NCBI GenBank assembly: GCA_049510295.1
Contig: JBEKZC010000005.1
Coordinates: 17,546 to 81,545, forward strand
Reading direction: 5' to 3'
From: Verrucomicrobiota bacterium
GTDB lineage: Bacteria; Verrucomicrobiota; Verrucomicrobiia; Limisphaerales; UBA11358
DNA: 64,000 nucleotides
Within the stretch, counting starts at the first letter, position 1, and every line of letters begins with the position of its first letter. Made by a program: the position numbers and the translations under genes. Of this stretch, positions 6,517-16,658 are shown piece by piece. The notes below the pieces were generated by a model that worked only from the letters and a program-made list of their open reading frames with translations, had not been told where the DNA came from and made no database searches.

Positions 6517-9192
6517 GTGAGTATTGAGAAAAAGGAAATTCACGGGTCGGGTGACAAATGGGCGGAGTCGCTGCAGTCCGTCTTCGATCTGGCCCTGGAA
6601 AACCAGGGACCGGAACGGACGGCGCAATTGCTGAGAAAACTCGCCGACCGTCTGCGCGCCTCGCAGGACGGGTTGCCGCGCGGTTTTAACACGCCTTACG
6701 TCAACACGATTCCGCCGGAGCAACAGCTGCCGTTTCCCGGCGACTGGCAGATGGAGCGCCGGATCAAGAGCTACATCCGCTGGAACGCCATGGCGATGGT
6801 GGTCAAGGCCAACTCCACCACCAACGTTGGCGGCCACATTTCCACCTACGCCTCGGCGGCGACGCTTTACGAGGTTGGATTCAATCACTTTTTCCGCGGA
6901 CGCACGGAGAATTTTCCAGGCGACATGGTTTATTTTCAGGGTCACGCCGCGCCGGGCATTTATGCGCGTGCGTTTCTCGAAGGCCGTTTGGACGAAAAAC
7001 ATCTGCAAAATTTTCGTCAAGAACTCGCCGCCGGCGGCGGGTTGTCGTCGTATCCGCATCCGTATCTGATGCCGGAGTTCTGGCAGTTCCCGACGGTTTC
7101 CATGGGGCTTGGCCCGCTCCTGTCCATTTATCAGGCGCGGTTTAATCGCTATCTTCAGGCGCGCGGTCTGGCCAAATGGACGGAGGAACCAAAAGTCTGG
7201 TGTTTTGTCGGCGACGGCGAATCGGACGAGCCGGAAACGCTCGGTTCGCTCACACTCGCGTCGCGCGAGAACCTCGACAACCTCATCTGGGTTGTGAATT
7301 GCAATTTGCAGAGACTGGACGGCCCCGTGCGCGGCAATGGCAAAATCATCCAGGAACTCGAAGCCGCATTCCTAGGCGCCGGCTGGAACGTCATCAAGCT
7401 CATTTGGGGCAGTGATTGGGACGATTTGCTTGCGCGCGACAAGTCCGGCCTGCTCGTCAAGCGCATGGAAGAGGCGGTGGATGGCGATTACCAGAAGTAT
7501 TCCGTCGAGCCGGGCAGCTACACGCGCCGGCATTTCTTCGGCAAATATCCCGAACTGCTCGAACTGGTGAACCACCTCACCGACGACCAGATTCGCAAGC
7601 TGTTGCGCGGCGGCCATGACACGCGCAAAGTCCATGCCGCCTACAAAGTGGCGATGGAGCACCAAGGCCGGCCGACGGTGATTTTGGCCAAAACGGTGAA
7701 AGGCTATGGCCTTGGCGAAGCGGGCGAAGGCCGCAACATTTCGCATCAGCAGAAAAAGATGAACGAGAAGGAACTGCGCGAATTCCGCGCGCGGTTCAAC
7801 ATCCCGATCAGCGACGACGTCATTGCCGAGACGCCGTTTTATCGTCCGCCGGCGGACAGTCCGGAGACAAAATATCTGCTCGAGCGACGCAAAATGCTCG
7901 GCGGCTTTTTACCCGCGCGCACGGTCAATCCCGGTTCGCCGGCACTCGACGTGCCCAAGCTCGATTTCTTCGCCGAATTTTTCAAAGGCTCGAGCACGGA
8001 AGTTTCGACGACGATGGCGTTTGTCCGGCTGATCAGCGTTTTGCTGCGGCACAAGGGTTTGAGCCGAAACATCGTGCCCATCATTCCCGACGAGGCGCGC
8101 ACGTTCGGCCTCGACGCGCTGTTCAAAGACATCGGTATTTACTCGTCCAAAGGTCAGGTTTACGAGCCGGTGGACAGCAGTTCATTGCTTTACTACAACG
8201 AAAAGAAGGACGGACAGATTCTCGAAGAAGGCATCACCGAGGCCGGTTCAATGGCGTCGTTCATTGCGGCAGGCACGTCTTACGCGACCCACGGCGTGCC
8301 GATGGCGCCGTTTTACATTTACTACTCGATGTTCGGCCCACAGCGCGTCGGCGACTTGTTCTGGCTGGCGGGTGATATCCGGGCGAAGGGCTTTTTGCTT
8401 GGCGCGACGGCCGGTCGCACCACGCTCAACGGAGAAGGACTCCAGCATCAGGACGGCCACAGCCTGCTTCATGCCGGCACCGTGCCGACGTTGCTGGCCT
8501 ACGATCCGGCGTTCGCGTACGAAATCGCGGTCATTGTGGCTGACGGCCTGCGGCGGATGTATGCCGAAGGTGAGGACATTTTTTATTATCTCACGCTCTG
8601 CAATGAAAATTATCCCATGCCGCCGATGCCGGCGGGTGTCGAGGACGGCATCTTGAAAGGGTTGTATAAATTCAAGCCCGGGCCGGAAGACAGAAAGTTC
8701 AAGGCCCACATCTTTGGCAGCGGGACAATCATCAACTCAGCGCTCAAGGCACAGGAAATCCTGGCAGAACGCTACGGCGTGTCGGCTGATGTGTGGAGCG
8801 CGACGAGCTACAAACTGCTCCGCACCGACGCGCTGCGGTGCAAACGCTGGAACATGTTGCATCCGACGCAGCCACCGAAGAAATCCTACGTGGAGACGTT
8901 GCTGGCGAAAGAGCAGGGTGTCTTTGTCGCGGTTTCGGATTACATGCGGTTGGTGCCTGACCAGATTGCACCGTGGGTGCCGGGCGGCTTGATGACGCTG
9001 GGCACGGACGGCTTTGGCCGCAGCGACACCCGCGCGCGGTTGCGCCGATTTTTTGAAGTGGACGCGGAATCCACCGTCGTCGCCACGCTCTTCGCGCTGG
9101 CGGAGAAAGGTCTCGTGGAACGACAGCTTGTCGCAAAGGCCATCAAAGATCTCGGCGTTGATCCGGAGAAGATTCAACCGCAAATTATCTAA
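6517..9192 (+). CDS. aceE: pyruvate dehydrogenase E1 component, homodimeric type
   Basis: 891 aa with YFQGHAAPGIYARAFLEGRL, a GDGESDEPE ThDP-binding region, and AceE-typical length and C-terminus. Confidence 0.95.
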   Translation: MSIEKKEIHGSGDKWAESLQSVFDLALENQGPERTAQLLRKLADRLRASQDGLPRGFNTPYVNTIPPEQQLPFPGDWQMERRIKSYIRWNAMAMVVKANSTTNVGGHISTYASAATLYEVGFNHFFRGRTENFPGDMVYFQGHAAPGIYARAFLEGRLDEKHLQNFRQELAAGGGLSSYPHPYLMPEFWQFPTVSMGLGPLLSIYQARFNRYLQARGLAKWTEEPKVWCFVGDGESDEPETLGSLTLASRENLDNLIWVVNCNLQRLDGPVRGNGKIIQELEAAFLGAGWNVIKLIWGSDWDDLLARDKSGLLVKRMEEAVDGDYQKYSVEPGSYTRRHFFGKYPELLELVNHLTDDQIRKLLRGGHDTRKVHAAYKVAMEHQGRPTVILAKTVKGYGLGEAGEGRNISHQQKKMNEKELREFRARFNIPISDDVIAETPFYRPPADSPETKYLLERRKMLGGFLPARTVNPGSPALDVPKLDFFAEFFKGSSTEVSTTMAFVRLISVLLRHKGLSRNIVPIIPDEARTFGLDALFKDIGIYSSKGQVYEPVDSSSLLYYNEKKDGQILEEGITEAGSMASFIAAGTSYATHGVPMAPFYIYYSMFGPQRVGDLFWLAGDIRAKGFLLGATAGRTTLNGEGLQHQDGHSLLHAGTVPTLLAYDPAFAYEIAVIVADGLRRMYAEGEDIFYYLTLCNENYPMPPMPAGVEDGILKGLYKFKPGPEDRKFKAHIFGSGTIINSALKAQEILAERYGVSADVWSATSYKLLRTDALRCKRWNMLHPTQPPKKSYVETLLAKEQGVFVAVSDYMRLVPDQIAPWVPGGLMTLGTDGFGRSDTRARLRRFFEVDAESTVVATLFALAEKGLVERQLVAKAIKDLGVDPEKIQPQII

Positions 9193-9398
9193 CTTTCGCC
9201 CGGGGTTGGTCATCTATTGGAAAGACCGCCGCCTGTCGATGAGAGGCTTGCTACCTGGAATGCGCTTCCGATAGCTGTTAATAATCCGGCAAATCCGGAA
9301 ACGCCCGCGGGAATTTTCTTTGACGGCCAGATTTTTTTCAACACGAACCTGTCAGACACCAATTGAAAGCACTCTTCAGGCTGGGAAAGCGAAGACTG

Positions 9399-11051
9399 TT
9401 ATCGGGGCACTTCTTTGATGATAAGATCGTCGTTTTGCAGGATGACTTTCCAATCTTGGACCACCGGCGTCAGGTGTTTATCATACGTGTCGCGTTGAAT
9501 ATGAATTTGCCCTGGCTTGCTGAATTGCACTGCATGGTGCAATGGCGTCTCGCTGACCATCACCAGTTTGGTGTAACCTAATTCTTTGATTCGTGCCAGT
9601 GCTGTGGGGTCTTCGAGAAATTTGGTGTCCCAAATGGTCAATCCTTTTCTGCCCGAAAGAATCAACTGCTCTCCGCCCCAGCCGCCGCCTTGGATCAACA
9701 ACTTGTCATCCGCTTGAGTATGTTCCCGAATGAGGCCAGCAATTCGGGCCGATCCCGGGTCGGTAATCAAGACGGTATTCATCGCCACCAAACCTTGCCC
9801 CGTGGCAGCTAACAGGAAAACCATGATCGCCAGAAGCATTGGACCCCGTTGTTGGGATTGTCTGAACCCAAAGATTTCCTCAAGTCGCATGGCTGCTTGC
9901 GCACTGAGTAGTGCTACCGGAGGAGTAAACATGAGGTAATAATGTATATGAATCAATACCAAGTGGGTAAATACGAAAGTGGTCAGGACAGCGCTAGCCA
10001 ACCAGAGTCGGCCAAGCCGGTCACGAGAACTAATAAGCGACCATAGGGGCAAGGCCGCAAGGACGTAGCTCCCAAACACGGCATTGAACAGACGCCATCC
10101 GCCCTTGATCCAGTTCCAAGGGTTCAGATTATAGGACCAAGTGCCAAAATACCACGTTGCCATTCCCGAACCTTTTGAAACTCGCAGGTCGGTGAATGGA
10201 AATTCCGCGCGCGCAATACAGGCGTTGCAGTATCTGGTCCAGATGAGAAAAACCAGGAGCGTGACAAGCCCGATTGATCCCAACTGAAGCCACCGGCGTA
10301 CAGATTTACGCCCGTGGAGAAGCAACAAAAAAAAGCTGGCGACGCCTGTGCAGAATAAAAACGGCAGTTTTGTTACCGCTGCCAATCCCCCAAAAATAAA
10401 GGCAGGAATCCACCATATCCACCTACCAGTGCGCACCAAACCGTCGGCAAAATAAAGAAAACAGATGGCAAACACTTCGCAACTGATGTCTGTGCCTCCC
10501 TGCCCCGCCATCATAAAAACCAGCGGTTGAGCACAATAGAACAAGAGTGCCCACCAGGCACCGCTTTCTCCCAAGTAATTGCGGGCCAATTGAAACAACG
10601 GCCAAAGCCCGCAGGCAAAGAAGAGCAAGGAGGCAACGTTGGCCCATCCGAACCATATTCCAAACATCTTGAACAAGACCGCCGTCAGCGCCTGCCAGAC
10701 CGGCAGTTCCTGCGGTGTGGGTTCATTGTTGGCGTTGAAGCCCACGATGACAGGTCGAAGCAGGTTGATCCTGTTCTTGGCAAATTCGAGCGCTGTTCCC
10801 AAGTGCTGATCGCGATAATCGTTATACCCCAATCCGCTCCCAATCAAATGATAAGCACAGATGCATAAAACCAGCGCCATGACGATGGGGACAAAAAGCC
10901 GGCGTGATGATGGGACCTGCCAGCCGGTGGAAACTAGATTCGCCACATTCAGTGTCTCTTGTGCAGACCTGGCAACCGTGAGCAGGTTTTCGGACTGGGG
11001 CTCCAGTGTGGACGTTTTCATTGGATAATACTCAGCCATTAACTGCGCCAT
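9399..11051 (-). CDS. GT-C type membrane glycosyltransferase-like protein (ArnT/PMT-like)
   Basis: 550 aa with ~10 TM segments, an N-terminal loop YNDYRDQHLGTALEFAKN, and a C-terminal soluble domain. GC is lower than in the neighbours (by eye). Confidence 0.5.
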   Translation of the reverse strand: MAQLMAEYYPMKTSTLEPQSENLLTVARSAQETLNVANLVSTGWQVPSSRRLFVPIVMALVLCICAYHLIGSGLGYNDYRDQHLGTALEFAKNRINLLRPVIVGFNANNEPTPQELPVWQALTAVLFKMFGIWFGWANVASLLFFACGLWPLFQLARNYLGESGAWWALLFYCAQPLVFMMAGQGGTDISCEVFAICFLYFADGLVRTGRWIWWIPAFIFGGLAAVTKLPFLFCTGVASFFLLLLHGRKSVRRWLQLGSIGLVTLLVFLIWTRYCNACIARAEFPFTDLRVSKGSGMATWYFGTWSYNLNPWNWIKGGWRLFNAVFGSYVLAALPLWSLISSRDRLGRLWLASAVLTTFVFTHLVLIHIHYYLMFTPPVALLSAQAAMRLEEIFGFRQSQQRGPMLLAIMVFLLAATGQGLVAMNTVLITDPGSARIAGLIREHTQADDKLLIQGGGWGGEQLILSGRKGLTIWDTKFLEDPTALARIKELGYTKLVMVSETPLHHAVQFSKPGQIHIQRDTYDKHLTPVVQDWKVILQNDDLIIKEVPR

Positions 11052-11153
11052 TAACTGCGACGTTTTGTGGCACTTCTTTATGTTCTTACCACTTCGGGGA
11101 CGGAAGTCGGCTGTTCAGCCGTCGGCTGGTGAGGTGAACTTCCAGGGCCAGGC

Positions 11154-11573
11154 TTAATTACGGCGCAGGGGACAGCGGCCGGCAACCCGGTTGGCGCAGA
11201 TGGGCGGCAGGAGGCTTCCAGAGGCGACCGTCAGCGCTAAAAATTCGTCGGTGATGCGCAGCACCAATTTCACACGGTCGGTCACCACAAGCTTGTGATA
11301 CAAACGTTCGCAGTAAGTGTGGATGGTGTGCGGCGAAACGCCATAATGGGCGGCAATGGCAAATTCGGTGCGGTCGTCAAAAACGTCTTTGATAATTTGA
11401 AGCTCCCGTCCGGAAAGCTTGAGGCTGCGGGCAATTTCATCCCAAGCCTGTTTGGAAAACATCGCCGCACCCAAAGGGCATCGCAACTTATGAGTGACCG
11501 GCGAGTCGGTCTTGGCAAGTGAATACACCCTGGCCGCGCTCATGGCTGGCTCCCCGCCAGTGTGGACTGGCAA
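11154..11573 (-). CDS. LuxR-family HTH transcriptional regulator (stand-alone)
   Basis: The C-terminal region LSGRELQIIKDVFDDRTEFAIAAHYGVSPHTIHTYCERLYHKL is a GerE/LuxR HTH. The start codon is uncertain. Confidence 0.7.
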   Translation of the reverse strand: MPVHTGGEPAMSAARVYSLAKTDSPVTHKLRCPLGAAMFSKQAWDEIARSLKLSGRELQIIKDVFDDRTEFAIAAHYGVSPHTIHTYCERLYHKLVVTDRVKLVLRITDEFLALTVASGSLLPPICANRVAGRCPLRRN

Positions 11574-11770
11574 TTTGGTTTCATAGCCGCTTTCAGGAAT
11601 CGCAAGGCCATCTGCGTGGCGTCGCTACGGCACCCTCTCGAAGCCATGCCTTGAGTCAACGATTCCCCCCAACTTACTGAATTTCGAGCGGATACTATCC
11701 TCCTCTTATTGTTGGGTCAAATGGTTTCTGCACACGAACAGGGTGCATCCCGGTACTGCGCCAACCCGAC

Positions 11771-11886
11771 AGCTACACTTGGAGCGCCGATTTCCGAATC
11801 GGCACGAGGTTCACTGTTCGCGGAACACGCCGGGCCGGAGGCCGGCGCTCCGGTGACAGTTGCGCTCACAGAGCGCCGCTACAAAA
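11771..11886. repeat. composite palindromic (REP-like) element
   Basis: The outer stem is GGAGCGCCG (11781-89) with CGGCGCTCC (11843-51). Inner hairpins are GCCGATttccgaATCGGC and GCGCTCacagAGCGC. The end CGCCGCTACAAAA recurs at 59441-59453. Confidence 0.7.
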
Positions 11887-11958
11887 AATGCGGAATAGTG
11901 CAATTATGAACCGCACTTGGTATGAGCTTGGCGCGGACAAAAGCTGCCCGCGCAATGG

Positions 11959-13386
11959 TCAATCCGTTTGTTGGGCATGAACGGGAGTCTCAGTTGCGCT
12001 GCTGGTTCCAATAGTTCCAACGTGATGATGGCCTGTTTCCAGCTCAGCCCAATGCCAGCCCGCCAGAAAAAAGACCGCCGGAACGGTATGCAACAGCAAC
12101 CGATCCAGGGTCATGGGCATCACCACGGCGAGGTCCCACGGTGTCACACTGTACGCCAACGCATAACTCATCAATTGCAATCCCAGCAAAATCCACAGGG
12201 CCAGCACATAGGGCCGTGCCAATGCCCGCCATCCCAACAGCGCCAGCACCCCCGCCATGATCCACAGCAGACCCCAAACATGGAATTCCGTTGTTTGCAC
12301 CAGCATCGCCGGAACAATTTCCTTCAATCTTGGCAAATGGGTCACCACCAGCGATGACAATAATTTCGATCCGTAATCTTCATGGGTATGCGGCAGACTC
12401 CGGCTCCAGATCAACCATGCCGCATCCAGCGCCAGCAGCCCCGTGAAAAACGCCGCGGCTCCAGCCCACCTGTGCCGCCGGCCGCCGCAAAGCCCAAATC
12501 CCAGGATTATCGCGCCATTCATCAGCGCCAATACCGTCCCTTCGTTTTTCGTGAAAGCAGCGAAGGCGCTGAACAGGATTGCCAGTATGAGATCCGGCCA
12601 TTGTTGCCGGTCTATCCATCTGGCCACGTAAAGAATGCTGCCGGCATAAAACATCGCCAGCGGCAGATCCGCACATCCGCCGCCGCCGTATCGGAACATC
12701 ACCGGCAGCATGGCCAGTATCGCGCTCAAGCATGCTGCCGGCAGCCGCCGCAGTTTCCATCGCAGCCCCAGGTACACCATCGGCACCAGCAGAACATCCA
12801 AAAATACCGACACCAGTTTCCCGATCTGATCATCAACTGTTCCCATCGCGGCATATGCGCCAGCCGTCAGAAACGGGACCATCAGCGGATAATCCAAATG
12901 GCTGTAGCTCAGGGTCAGATCATGGAAATAGGCCGGGGTCGGACGCAGGGCTTCGTGAGTCAGCACCTTTGCCTTGAACCCCCAAATGGCAAATGCGTCC
13001 CACTCCACCAGCGGCGTGGAAAGGGCGCCCGCCGCAATCATCGCCAGCCCGGCCACTGTTATAACCAACGGCACAACCACCCAGCCATCGCCTTTCTTCC
13101 AATCGGTTGCCAGAATCTTGATTCGTGCCAGCCGGTTCATTTTTTTCATGACCAGCAAACTGGCCAGCGTCAGGACGCCAACGATTGCTAACACGTTCCG
13201 CGGGGGGGCGAACCCGATCAATGACGCCCAAAACAGCAATAAACCCATGGTTCCCGCGCCGGCGGCCGGGCCAAGCCCAATCAATTGAACGATCGTCATC
13301 CGGCTTGAGGGATGGATGACCGAGAGCAGGGTGTACCCCACCAGCACAATCAGCAGCAGATACGAGCAACAGGCCAGGAGTGCCAT
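11959..13386 (-). CDS. GT-C type membrane glycosyltransferase-like protein
   Basis: 475 aa, polytopic, with an FTKNEGTVLAL segment. Its ATG overlaps the upstream stop by 1 nt (TGATG). Confidence 0.5.
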   Translation of the reverse strand: MALLACCSYLLLIVLVGYTLLSVIHPSSRMTIVQLIGLGPAAGAGTMGLLLFWASLIGFAPPRNVLAIVGVLTLASLLVMKKMNRLARIKILATDWKKGDGWVVVPLVITVAGLAMIAAGALSTPLVEWDAFAIWGFKAKVLTHEALRPTPAYFHDLTLSYSHLDYPLMVPFLTAGAYAAMGTVDDQIGKLVSVFLDVLLVPMVYLGLRWKLRRLPAACLSAILAMLPVMFRYGGGGCADLPLAMFYAGSILYVARWIDRQQWPDLILAILFSAFAAFTKNEGTVLALMNGAIILGFGLCGGRRHRWAGAAAFFTGLLALDAAWLIWSRSLPHTHEDYGSKLLSSLVVTHLPRLKEIVPAMLVQTTEFHVWGLLWIMAGVLALLGWRALARPYVLALWILLGLQLMSYALAYSVTPWDLAVVMPMTLDRLLLHTVPAVFFLAGWHWAELETGHHHVGTIGTSSATETPVHAQQTD

Positions 13387-13976
13387 CAGTTGCCTCCTGA
13401 TCTGGCGGCTGGCATCCCAGCCTGACCATCACGAGGCGGCAGTATCTCCAACCGTAGCGTCGCCTTGCCGGCGTTGTCGCTGTCCAATGTAAGTACGAAA
13501 CGGACATCATGCTCTTGCAACCATTGCTGGCTTGGATTGAATTCGATCCGCATAATGTCCCAGCCGTTATTGATGACTTTGTCAGCCGGGGCAACGTACA
13601 TCCGCCTTGGATACAAAGCGTAACTTATCCGATAATAAATAAAACTCAGTGGATTTTCGACGACCGGGTTTGTCTTTGCGTCCCCGGCAAGCTTCAACAG
13701 CATGTTGCCATTGCCCGTCCGATCTGCAATCCGGTCGGATTGTTCATACTGCATCATTGCCGCGCGGCTGGCCGTGGATTGCGTTGCAACAGCACAGATC
13801 TGGTGCAGCTCCGATTCCGGCCGCAATTGCAACCAGCACAGATGAACCAGCACCAACAGCACGACTCCCCATGCTGCGTACTGGAAACTTCTGCCATCAG
13901 CAGGAATGAACCGGTTCAAAATCATCTCACGTTTACCGCTATTCAGGCTGGAACCTGGCCGCCTGACCCGGCTCAT
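13386..13976 (-). CDS. hypothetical single-pass membrane protein
   Basis: The listed ORF was trimmed to the ATG at 13976, one nt after the murU stop (TAAaATG). One TM segment (AAWGVVLLVLVHLCWL) is present. Confidence 0.5.
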   Translation of the reverse strand: MSRVRRPGSSLNSGKREMILNRFIPADGRSFQYAAWGVVLLVLVHLCWLQLRPESELHQICAVATQSTASRAAMMQYEQSDRIADRTGNGNMLLKLAGDAKTNPVVENPLSFIYYRISYALYPRRMYVAPADKVINNGWDIMRIEFNPSQQWLQEHDVRFVLTLDSDNAGKATLRLEILPPRDGQAGMPAARSGGN

Positions 13977-13977
13977 T

Positions 13978-14700
13978 TTAGGGACAACCTCCATGCCGCA
14001 GCAAATATTTTTCGGCTGTTTTGATGTCCTCGAGAGTGCCGGTTTGGAACCATTGGCCGTGATGCGGCAGGCACGCAAGGCGGTTTTGAGCGAGCGCCTG
14101 GTGCCAGAGGATTTTGACTGTGAATTTTCCGGCCGGAGCATTCAATAAAATGCGGGGATGCATGATCCCGAGGCCGGCGATGATGTAAGGCGCTTCCCGC
14201 TCGTTCCAATCAAAGGTGTTGCCGGGTTTGATGAAAAGATGATCTTCGCCCTTGTCATGCCCGCTGGCTTTGGCCTTGGATTGCGTGAGGAGCAGAAAAT
14301 CCATTTTGGTGTCATCCCAATAACGGGTCAGACGATCCAGCGCACTTTCCTGTTCATCCGTCCAGATGATGTCGCTGTTGATGGTAAAAACAGGCTCATT
14401 CCCCAGAAGCGGCAGCGCTTTTTTTAATCCGCCGCCCGTTTCCAAGGGGTCGGCCTCTTCTGAGATTTTGATGGTCAAGCCATTGAAGGCGGACAAATAA
14501 GCGGTCAGTTGCTCCTTGAGGTGCGAGACGTTGATGATGACTTCCTTGATTCCATATGCCCGCAGCTTGTCGAGCGCATATTTGATCATCGGTTTGCCCG
14601 CGACCGGCACGAGCGGTTTGGGCATGCGGTCCGTCAACGGCTTCAGCCGCGTGCCGTATCCGGCGGCAAGGACCATGGCTGTTTTGATCTTAACGTGCAT
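13978..14700 (-). CDS. murU: sugar-1-phosphate nucleotidylyltransferase, MurU-like
   Basis: MVLAAGYGTRLKPLTDRMPKPLVPVAGKPMI, PLETGGGLKKALPLLG, N.D..WTD and W.DvGT-like QTGTLEDI. It pairs with an APH-fold kinase upstream. Confidence 0.75.
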   Translation of the reverse strand: MHVKIKTAMVLAAGYGTRLKPLTDRMPKPLVPVAGKPMIKYALDKLRAYGIKEVIINVSHLKEQLTAYLSAFNGLTIKISEEADPLETGGGLKKALPLLGNEPVFTINSDIIWTDEQESALDRLTRYWDDTKMDFLLLTQSKAKASGHDKGEDHLFIKPGNTFDWNEREAPYIIAGLGIMHPRILLNAPAGKFTVKILWHQALAQNRLACLPHHGQWFQTGTLEDIKTAEKYLLRHGGCP

Positions 14701-15886
14701 GGCGATCCATCCATCGTTTCACGCCGGCCAGCATGGGATGGTGCAAGGCCCTTTGCAACAGGCGTTCCACACGCGGGGAATGAAGTTTCTTGTAGTCATG
14801 CTTTCCCTCGTGCCGGCTTAACTTTTCAAAAATGGCCAGGATGCGCGTGTGCCGTAACGCCGCCAGAATGGCCAGGGAAGTCTCAAAAGCCTTTTGATCA
14901 AGGGCAGGGAACCGGGCCAGGTAGCGCGCCACCATCTTCTCCCCAAGCTCATCCGGAACATCGCGCCGGGCATCTTCCAGCAACGACATCAGGTCATACG
15001 TGATCGGGCCTTGATACGCATCCTGAAAATCAAGGAGTCCGGCCTGCCGGACGCCCGGGCGGTTCGGAAGCAACATCAGATTGGCCACATGATAATCGCG
15101 CAGCAGAAGCGAGGTTGGAACCTGATGCGCCAAGGGCAACACCTCCCGCCAGACGGTTTTGAATTCCGCCTTGCCTGCTTCTGAAATCGTGGGCGTGCGC
15201 CATTCCAAAAACAGCCCGATGTCTTCCAGCATTTTTTCCGGATGATACGTCCGCAGGCCCTTTGGAATTGCCTGTGGATGCCGGTGCAGGGCAATTAAAA
15301 CATCGGTAGCCAGCGTATAAAGCTTTTCCGGTTCAAACCATTCGTTGAAGAGATTCGACGCATTGGCAGGGCGCGTCACTCCGTGCGCGCCGCAATTGTC
15401 AGGTTGATGGGCGGCGGGCAGAGGACTGCCCGCCCTAGCTGATGTTTGTTCCCGTTGCCGTTGGGAAATGGCATCGGGTTGACCATCCAGCAGGCGGGTA
15501 AAGGTTGCATCGCCAAAATCTTCCAGCAGCAGGAGGCCTTTTTTATCGTTCCGGGCAAGGATGGCCGGCACGCTGAAGCCGAGCTGACGGAGATGCTGGC
15601 TGATCTGGATGAAAGGTGCCACGCTTTCCAGGATCGATGAGGCATCCATCAGGACCGCGCTTTGTTCATCCTTTTGCAGGCGGAAATATTTTCGGGCGGA
15701 GGCATCGCCGGTGAGGGGTTCACAGGCTGCGTTGCTCCAGGCGGTGGCGTCCAGAAATTCGCGCGCGCGGTTGTTGAGAATTTTGACCACGGATGGAAAC
15801 TGATTAACACGGACGAATCGCCAACGCGATGAAAAACAAAGTCCGGGCGCTTGCGGAAACCGGCGGATCAGCCGGGGAGGAACCAT
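14690..15886 (-). CDS. amgK: APH-fold anomeric sugar kinase, AmgK-like
   Basis: TGDASARKYFRL, LLLEDFGD, LLLRDYHVANLMLL and GLLDFQDA motifs. The stop overlaps the murU start by 11 nt. The start codon is uncertain. Confidence 0.7.
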   Translation of the reverse strand: MVPPRLIRRFPQAPGLCFSSRWRFVRVNQFPSVVKILNNRAREFLDATAWSNAACEPLTGDASARKYFRLQKDEQSAVLMDASSILESVAPFIQISQHLRQLGFSVPAILARNDKKGLLLLEDFGDATFTRLLDGQPDAISQRQREQTSARAGSPLPAAHQPDNCGAHGVTRPANASNLFNEWFEPEKLYTLATDVLIALHRHPQAIPKGLRTYHPEKMLEDIGLFLEWRTPTISEAGKAEFKTVWREVLPLAHQVPTSLLLRDYHVANLMLLPNRPGVRQAGLLDFQDAYQGPITYDLMSLLEDARRDVPDELGEKMVARYLARFPALDQKAFETSLAILAALRHTRILAIFEKLSRHEGKHDYKKLHSPRVERLLQRALHHPMLAGVKRWMDRHAR

Positions 15887-15895
15887 TTCGGAGAA

Positions 15896-16426
15896 TTAAA
15901 AGCTAAAACTGGCCTCGAGGTAGGCACGACTTGGTCGCTCCAATTCCACTGTATTTTTCCCGATGCCGGGTTCAAACTGGCAAACTTGTCCGTATCCGGC
16001 TGCGACATCCACCCATTTGCCCGCCCGTCCGTCCGCGTACAATTTTTTGTGAACCAACTGAAACAAATCGAGCTGATTGGAACCGCTCTGTTTTTCGAGA
16101 CGGGAATCGTATGAAAAACCGGTGGCGTTTTGATTGTCGGGTTTCAACACCGATGCCCAAAACTGGAGACGGGGATCGGAAGCGTAACAAAAGGAACTGG
16201 TTGCCGAATCATTGCGGGCCACTACAGGCGTCCGTGCCGGTGATTGATTGTAACTGACCATCGCCGGAGTCACCACCGATTCCAGCCCAAATACCAAAGT
16301 CGCGGCCAGAGCCAGGAGGAGTACGAGAAAACGATGGACATTCTTTGGACCAGATTGGAGGAGCAACAGGTTGGAAGCTTCGGTTCTCTGCACGCCCGAT
16401 TCCAAGCATCGTGCATACCAACTCAA
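15896..16426 (-). CDS. hypothetical exported protein (small beta-barrel-like, ends in ...ASFSF)
   Basis: It has a hydrophobic leader (FLVLLLALAATLVFG) and a C-terminal aromatic residue typical of outer-membrane proteins. The start is uncertain. Confidence 0.35.
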   Translation of the reverse strand: MSWYARCLESGVQRTEASNLLLLQSGPKNVHRFLVLLLALAATLVFGLESVVTPAMVSYNQSPARTPVVARNDSATSSFCYASDPRLQFWASVLKPDNQNATGFSYDSRLEKQSGSNQLDLFQLVHKKLYADGRAGKWVDVAAGYGQVCQFEPGIGKNTVELERPSRAYLEASFSF

Positions 16427-16539
16427 AAATGCCTGATAATCGGGATGTTTTTGACGGTTTTACATTCTTTTTTGTGTCCCAAAAACAAACTGTATCGGCG
16501 ACGCACAGATACACGGCCGTGTCGCCTTCGCGTTTCATC

Positions 16540-16568
16540 TTGCCAACGGGTAAAACGCGAGGTTTAAT
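16540..16568 (+). promoter_or_regulatory. sigma70-like promoter for tRNA-Phe
   Basis: TTGCCA (16540-45), a 17-nt spacer, then TTTAAT (16563-68), 14 nt before the tRNA 5' end. Confidence 0.45.
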
Positions 16569-16582
16569 GCGCGGCTGCGGCT

Positions 16583-16658
<76 letters not shown>

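Noticed and set aside
13386-14141. The full-length listed ORFs 13386-14141, 46117-46866, 50688-51914, 25588-27045 and 52689-53687.
   Set aside because: Their 5' extensions overlap neighbouring genes or repeats and lack coding character. Internal start codons that give sensible signal peptides or spacing were used instead.
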